Shown one piece after another: positions 58,458-64,000 of a stretch of 64,000 nucleotides of DNA. The stretch covers positions 156 through 64,155 of the forward strand of contig WHSS01000003.1 of the NCBI GenBank assembly GCA_009379975.1, written 5' to 3'. Position numbers and translations under genes: made by a program. Positions within the stretch are counted from its first letter, which is position 1. Every line of letters begins with the position of its first letter. Source of the DNA: Actinophytocola sp. GTDB taxonomy: Bacteria; Actinomycetota; Actinomycetes; Mycobacteriales; Pseudonocardiaceae. The notes below the pieces were generated by a model. That model ran no database searches. It had not been told where the DNA came from and worked only from the letters and a program-made list of their open reading frames with translations.

Positions 58458-59436
58458 CGACTGCCTTCCCGAAGGATGGTCTTACACCGGCTCCACAGGC
58501 GTTTCGCCTCTCCGCCCGCCCGGCGGCGAGGATATTGCGTGCGGCGTTGTGGTCCCGATCGTGCACCGCAGCGCACTCGGGGCATCGCCATTCGCGGATC
58601 TTCAGCGGCATCTCGCCCACCACATGCCCACAGTCCGAGCACGTTCTGCTCGACGGCAACCAGCGAGACACCTTGTGCACAATCCGACCGAAGCGTACGG
58701 CCTTCTTCGCCCGCGCCAACTTGCGGTTGCGCACCATGCCCGCCACGTTCAGATCCTCCACGTGGACCGCTTGGTTCTCGCGGACCAGACCGAGGGCCTG
58801 CTTGTGCTGATAGTCCCGTCGAGCACGGGCCACCTTGCCATGTTGCACGGCAACCTTGCGCCGGGTCTTGTCCCGGTTCTTCCCGCCCTGGGCGCGGCGC
58901 GCCTTCTCTCGCTCCAACCGGCGCAGCTTCCGTAGCTTGCGCGCCAGATGTTTCGGGTTCGCCACATCCGTGCGGCCACCAGTCGTGTCGGCCACGGTCG
59001 CCAACCGGGCGATACCAAGGTCGACCCCAGCTTCCTTCTCGATAGCCGGTAGCGGTCTCGGCTCCACCTCGACCACGAAGCTGGCGTAATAGTGCCCGTC
59101 CGGCTCGGCGATGACCGTGACCGAACTGGGCTCCGACGGCAGCTCCCGCGACCAGCGCACCTTCACGTCGCCGACCTTCGCCAGATACAGCCGCCCGTCC
59201 GGCCGGATCGTAAACCCGTTGCGGGTGAACCGGACGGACTGTCGGTTGTCCTTGCGCGACTTGAACCGGGGTTTGCCGACCTTCCGGCCCCGCCGCCTGC
59301 CTTTCACCGAGTCGAAAAAGTTCGACAACGCACTGTGCGCGTCCCGCACCGACTGCACCAACGCCACCGATCCAACCTCGGACAACCAAGCCCGCGCCTC
59401 GGTCGTTTTGGCCTCGGTGATCACCCGTCGCTGCAC
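58423..59436 (-). mobile_element. tnpB: IS200/IS605-family tnpB relic (no tnpA; N-terminally truncated, with an internal in-frame deletion)
   Basis: RuvC-like GVDLG, VHVEDLN and DRDHNAARNI, plus the zinc ribbon CSDCG..CPEC. Compared with ISDra2 TnpB as I remember it, it lacks about 55 N-terminal aa. It also lacks about 15 aa between NRKLARA and KKAVRFGR. Confidence 0.75.
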
Positions 59437-59831
59437 CGCGGCCGCACAAACAAGGTTCGGCTATCTCCCCTCTTAAGGACGGGGCTTGCGCCGATGGAAT
59501 CCAGGTCATCTCTGAATCCAGCGTCATCTCGCTCCCACGGGAAGAATGGACATCAATCGTCGTATCGACTAGTAACAGGCCTCGACAGATAGTAATCGCG
59601 TCGCCGGCCCCCGCCCCAGCCGGGTGGTGAGACCCGAACCACAACGGAACGCCCCGGAGGCGCTCCGGAGGCTCCCTGGAAGCACCGCAGCGGGCAAACC
59701 GTTAGGCTAGAGGCTGTCTGGCCAGCTTGCCACGCCGGGATCGCCGTCGCGGGCGTGCGCGCAAGCACCACGACCCAGCCGAGCAGTTGCCCACTCATCG
59801 CAGTAAGCCGCGAAACGGAGTTCGAGTTCCC

Positions 59832-61934
59832 GTGCCCAACACCGCCGACCCTTCCGGGACCCAGTCGCTCGTTCGACGCAATGTGCCATCGGATTGGACC
59901 GAGCTCGACACGCGCGCTGTCGACTCCGTCCGCGTGCTCGCGGCCGACGCGGTCGAGAACTGTGGCAGTGGCCATCCCGGCACCGCGATGAGCCTCGCCC
60001 CTGCCGCGTACAGCCTGTTCCAGCGCGTCATGCGGCACGACCCGGCCGACCCGCACTGGGCGGGGCGTGACCGCTTCGTGCTCTCCGCCGGGCACAGCAG
60101 CCTCACCCTCTACATCCAGCTCTTCCTCGCGGGCTACGGCCTCGAGTTGAACGACCTCAAGCAGCTGCGCACGTGGGGCTCGCAGACTCCCGGTCACCCG
60201 GAGCACGGCCACACGGCGGGCGTCGAGACCACCACCGGCCCGCTCGGGCAGGGTCTGGCCAACGCCGTCGGCATGGCGATGGCAGCCCGCCGCGAGCGCG
60301 GCCTGTTCGACCCGGAAACCCAGGCGGGCGAGAGCGTCTTCGATCACCACATCTACGTGATCGCTTCCGACGGCGACATCGAGGAAGGTGTGACGTCGGA
60401 GGCGTCCTCCATCGCCGGGCGCCAGGAGCTGGGCAATCTCGTGGTGATCTACGACGACAACCAGATCTCCATCGAAGACGACACCGCCATCGCGCTGTCC
60501 GAGGACACCGCGAAGCGCTACGAGTCCTACGGCTGGCACGTCCAGACGGTCGAAGGCGGCGAGGACGTCGTGGCGTTCGAGACGGCGATCGCTGCCGCCA
60601 AGGCGGAGACGAGCCGACCGTCGATCATCTTGTTGCGCACGGTCATCGGCTACCCGGCACCGAACCTGATGAACACCGGCGCCGCGCACGGTGCCGCCCT
60701 CGGCGCCGACGAGGTGGCCGAGGTGAAGCGCATCCTCGGCTTCGACCCGGACCAGCACTTCGCCGTCGACGATGAGGTGCTCGCGCACGCCCGCCAGGCG
60801 GTGCAGCGTGGCAAGCAGGCGCACCGCGACTGGCAGCAGCGTTTCGACGCCTGGGAGAAGGCCAACCCGGAGGCCAAGGCACTCGCCGACCGGCTCGCCA
60901 CTCGTGCGCTGCCTGAAGGCTGGGAATCGAAGCTGCCGAGCTGGGAACCCAGCGAGAAGGGCGTCGCCACTCGCAAGGCCTCCGGCGAGGTCCTCAACGC
61001 CGTCGCCGACCTGCTGCCCGAGCTGTGGGGCGGCTCGGCCGACCTGGCGGGCAGCAACAACACGCTGATCAAGAACGCCGACTCGTTCGGCCCACCCAGT
61101 TCGAGCACCGGGATGTTCACCGCTACCCCGCACGGCCGCAACCTGCACTTCGGGGTTCGCGAGCACGCCATGGGCTCGATCCTCAACGGCATCGCGCTGC
61201 ACGGCGGCACCCGCCCATACGGCGGCACGTTCCTGATCTTCTCCGACTACATGCGCCCGGCGGTCCGGCTGGCCGCGCTGATGAAGCTGCCGGTGACCTA
61301 CGTCTGGACGCACGACTCGATCGGTCTCGGCGAGGACGGCCCGACACATCAGCCGATCGAGCACCTCGCCTCGCTGCGTGCCATCCCTGGCCTCAGCGTC
61401 GCTCGGCCTGCCGACGCGAACGAGACCGCGGCGGTGTGGCAGCGGGCGCTCGAAATCACCGACGCGCCCACCGGACTGGCGCTCACCAGGCAGAACGTGC
61501 CGGTGCTCGAGGGCACCGACGCTGCGGGCGTTGCCAAGGGAGGTTACGTACTCGGCGATTTCGGCAACCCTGAAGACGAGCACGTGGTGCTCATCGCCAC
61601 CGGGTCCGAGGTGCAGCTCGCCGTCGAGGCCGCGAAGGCCCTCGCCGAGCAAGGCGTCGCGGCTCGCGTGGTGTCGATGCCGTGCGTCGAGTGGTTCGAC
61701 GCGCAGGACAAGGGGTACCGCGATTCGGTGATCCCGCCGTCGGTCAAGGCACGGGTCGCCGTGGAAGCAGGCATCGCGCAGCCGTGGCACCGCTTCGTCG
61801 GCGACGCGGGCGAGATCGTCTCGCTCGAGCACTTCGGCGCGTCGGCGGACTACCAGACGCTCTTCCGCGAGTTCGGGATCACGGCGGAAGCCGTCGCCGA
61901 GGCGGCACGTAAGTCGCTGGCCGCAGCGCATTAG
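59832..61934 (+). CDS. tkt: transketolase
   Basis: AVENCGSGHPGTAMSLAP, GPLGQGLANAVGMA, and THDSIGLGEDGPTHQPIE. The GTG at 59832 gives 700 aa. The track ORF starts at 59727. Confidence 0.95.
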   Translation: MPNTADPSGTQSLVRRNVPSDWTELDTRAVDSVRVLAADAVENCGSGHPGTAMSLAPAAYSLFQRVMRHDPADPHWAGRDRFVLSAGHSSLTLYIQLFLAGYGLELNDLKQLRTWGSQTPGHPEHGHTAGVETTTGPLGQGLANAVGMAMAARRERGLFDPETQAGESVFDHHIYVIASDGDIEEGVTSEASSIAGRQELGNLVVIYDDNQISIEDDTAIALSEDTAKRYESYGWHVQTVEGGEDVVAFETAIAAAKAETSRPSIILLRTVIGYPAPNLMNTGAAHGAALGADEVAEVKRILGFDPDQHFAVDDEVLAHARQAVQRGKQAHRDWQQRFDAWEKANPEAKALADRLATRALPEGWESKLPSWEPSEKGVATRKASGEVLNAVADLLPELWGGSADLAGSNNTLIKNADSFGPPSSSTGMFTATPHGRNLHFGVREHAMGSILNGIALHGGTRPYGGTFLIFSDYMRPAVRLAALMKLPVTYVWTHDSIGLGEDGPTHQPIEHLASLRAIPGLSVARPADANETAAVWQRALEITDAPTGLALTRQNVPVLEGTDAAGVAKGGYVLGDFGNPEDEHVVLIATGSEVQLAVEAAKALAEQGVAARVVSMPCVEWFDAQDKGYRDSVIPPSVKARVAVEAGIAQPWHRFVGDAGEIVSLEHFGASADYQTLFREFGITAEAVAEAARKSLAAAH

Positions 61935-61974
61935 GCAGCAAGCACCGAACAACCATCAAGGGGATGACTAAGGC

Positions 61975-63090
61975 ATGACAACAACTGATCGTCTGGCCCA
62001 GCTCTCCAACGCAGGTGTGTCGATCTGGCTCGACGACCTCTCGCGCGAGCGGCTCAACTCCGGCAGCCTCGCGAAGCTGATCACCGACCAGCACGTCGTC
62101 GGTGTGACGACCAACCCGACCATCTTCGCCAATGCGCTCGCCAACGGCCAGGCCTACGATCAGCAGGTCACCGAGCTCGCCACGCGGGGTGCCGACCTGC
62201 AACAGGCCGTGCGTGACCTCACCACCACCGACGTCCGCAATGCCTGCGGCCTCTTCCGGGAGACCTACGAGGCGACGGGCGGCGTCGACGGCAGAGTCTC
62301 CATCGAGGTCGACCCCCGGCTGGCGAAGGACACCGAACGTACCGTCGCCGAGGCGCTGGACCTGTACAAGACCGTCGACCGGCCCAACCTGCTGGTGAAG
62401 ATCCCCGCGACGGTCGAGGGCCTGCCCGCGATCACCCGCACGCTCGCCGAAGGGGTCAGCGTGAACGTGACGCTGATCTTCTCGACCGAGCGCTACCGCG
62501 AGGTGATCGACGCCTTCCTCGCCGGGCTGGAACAGGCCAAGGAGAACGGCCACGACCTGGCGGGCATTCACTCCGTCGCGTCCTTCTTCGTGTCCCGGGT
62601 GGACACCGAGGTGGACAAGCGGCTCGAAGCCATCGGCACCGAACAGGCCACCGCGCTGCGAGGTCAGGCTGCCATCGCCAACGCCCGGCTCGCGTACGCG
62701 GTGTTCACCGAGGAGTTCGCGGGCGGCCGCTGGCAGGCCCTCGCCGAGGCGGGGGCACGCCCGCAACGCCCGCTGTGGGCGTCGACCGGCGTCAAGGACC
62801 CCGCCTACTCCGACACTCGCTACGTCGATCAGCTCGTGGTCGACGGCACCGTGAACACCGTGCCGGAGAAGACACTGCACGCGGCCGCCGACCACGCCGA
62901 GATCACCGGCGACACCGTATCCGGCACCGAATCGGCCGCCAGGGCGGTCTTCGACGGGCTGCGAGCGGTCGGCATCGACCTGGAGGACGTCTTCAGCGTG
63001 CTCGAGGAGGAGGGCGTCGCCAAGTTCGACAAGTCGTGGGTCGAGTTACTCGAGACCGTCAACAGCCAGCTCGTAGCGGCGCAGGGCTGA
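61975..63090 (+). CDS. tal: transaldolase
   Basis: [34 protein letters not shown]. Actinobacterial long form, 371 aa. Confidence 0.95.
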   Translation: MTTTDRLAQLSNAGVSIWLDDLSRERLNSGSLAKLITDQHVVGVTTNPTIFANALANGQAYDQQVTELATRGADLQQAVRDLTTTDVRNACGLFRETYEATGGVDGRVSIEVDPRLAKDTERTVAEALDLYKTVDRPNLLVKIPATVEGLPAITRTLAEGVSVNVTLIFSTERYREVIDAFLAGLEQAKENGHDLAGIHSVASFFVSRVDTEVDKRLEAIGTEQATALRGQAAIANARLAYAVFTEEFAGGRWQALAEAGARPQRPLWASTGVKDPAYSDTRYVDQLVVDGTVNTVPEKTLHAAADHAEITGDTVSGTESAARAVFDGLRAVGIDLEDVFSVLEEEGVAKFDKSWVELLETVNSQLVAAQG

Positions 63091-63097
63091 TCGCGGC

Positions 63098-64000
63098 GTG
63101 ACACCGGTAACCATCACCGTCGACGTCAACGATTCCCACCTCGCTTCATCGGCCTCCACGGTCGCATCCACGCTGGTCGCCGACCGAGCCGCGTCGCGGC
63201 TGACCGCACAGGACGCCACGCTGTGGGGCGCCGAGGCGGAGGCGGAGGCCTCGATCCGGCTCGCCTGGACCACGCTGCACAGCACGTCCCGTCACCTCAT
63301 CGGCGAGATCGCCGAGCTCCGGGCGCAGCTGCACGGTGAAGGAGTCACCCGGGTCGTCCTCGCGGGCATGGGTGGCTCATCGCTGGCGCCCGAGGTCATC
63401 GCGGGCACCGAGAGCGTCGCACTCACCGTGCTCGACACCACCGATCCCGGCCAGGTCGCCGACGCGCTGGCAGGCGATCTCGGCAGGACGGTGCTGGTGG
63501 TGTCGTCGAAGTCGGGCGGCACCGTCGAGACCGACGCCCAGCGCCGGATCTTCGCCGAAGCCTTCGCGACCGAAGGCATCGACGCCGCGAGCCGGATCGT
63601 CGTGGTGACCGATCCCGGTTCGCCGCTGGCCGAGCTCGCCGAGCAGGAGGGTTACCGCAGGACCTTCCTCGCCGATCCCCACGTCGGCGGCCGGTACTCC
63701 GCGCTCACCGCGTTCGGCCTCGTCCCCGCCGGGCTCGCGGGCGCGGATATCGCACGCCTGCTCGACCAGGCCGCGGGCACCGTGGCCGCGCTGGCGGCCG
63801 ATTCCCTCGATAACCCCGCGATCCAGCTCGCCGCCGCGCTCGGCGCCGCGCACGAGGCAGGCGCCGAGAAGCTGGTGCTCGCCGACGCCGGGTCCGGTAT
63901 CGCCGGGCTGCCCGACTGGATCGAACAGCTCGTCGCGGAGTCGACCGGTAAGGAAGGCACGGGGCTGCTCCCGGTCGTGGTCGAGTCCGTCGACGCCCCG
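63098..64000 (+). CDS. pgi: glucose-6-phosphate isomerase, 3' end off-window
   Basis: Absent from the track because there is no stop in the window. Translation from the GTG at 63098 gives VTPVTITVDV...VVLAGMGGSSLAPEV...VSSKSGGTVET...HVGGRYSALTAFGL, which are PGI sugar-isomerase motifs. Confidence 0.8.
   Translation, partial: MTPVTITVDVNDSHLASSASTVASTLVADRAASRLTAQDATLWGAEAEAEASIRLAWTTLHSTSRHLIGEIAELRAQLHGEGVTRVVLAGMGGSSLAPEVIAGTESVALTVLDTTDPGQVADALAGDLGRTVLVVSSKSGGTVETDAQRRIFAEAFATEGIDAASRIVVVTDPGSPLAELAEQEGYRRTFLADPHVGGRYSALTAFGLVPAGLAGADIARLLDQAAGTVAALAADSLDNPAIQLAAALGAAHEAGAEKLVLADAGSGIAGLPDWIEQLVAESTGKEGTGLLPVVVESVDAP

Overview
GC-rich actinobacterial chromosomal segment with strong third-position GC bias, so the six-frame track holds many long antisense shadow ORFs. 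All calls come from reading the translations and DNA by eye; no searches were run. I call about 50 protein-coding genes and recognise no rRNA, tRNA or CRISPR array. Left to right: (1) selD (3' end off-window) translationally coupled to an adenylation-carrier-AT3 membrane acyltransferase, with a divergent AT3-SGNH O-acyltransferase and a wHTH/LuxR regulator. (2) A roughly 10-kb, 9-gene minus-strand operon resembling the Atu/Liu acyl-CoA carboxylase catabolic cluster, in the same order as I recall for mycobacterial fadE12-accA2-accD2-fadE13-Rv0976c. (3) A P450, a degenerate PAS-GGDEF-EAL protein, Bcp, an LCP protein, a hydrolase, an ABC exporter and a GT87-like protein. (4) A small HTH protein, an ABC-F factor, an acVLRF1-like peptidyl-tRNA hydrolase and a dGTPase-like HD protein. 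(5) An EAL-CBS-GGDEF protein, then an M48 protease with LemA. (6) A decayed mobile patch: a coiled-coil protein, a tyrosine recombinase, and a fused permease/response-regulator pseudogene. (7) A core block: sufR-sufBDCSU-sufT, mptB, an ABC-2 transporter, ctaA, TetR, ATP-grasp, qor, an FKBP lipoprotein, HelD, ctaB, a tnpB relic, and tkt-tal-pgi. Non-genic structure: three families of intergenic palindromic repeats (4+2+2 copies). In five of the eight copies the repeat end contains the stop codon of the adjacent gene. There is also a perfect 25-bp-stem palindrome in a divergent promoter region. The best candidates for something undescribed are the selD / adenylation-carrier-AT3 operon, the dGTPase-acVLRF1-(palindromic leader)-ABC-F module, and the modular repeat family. 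All three are hypotheses, not demonstrated systems.
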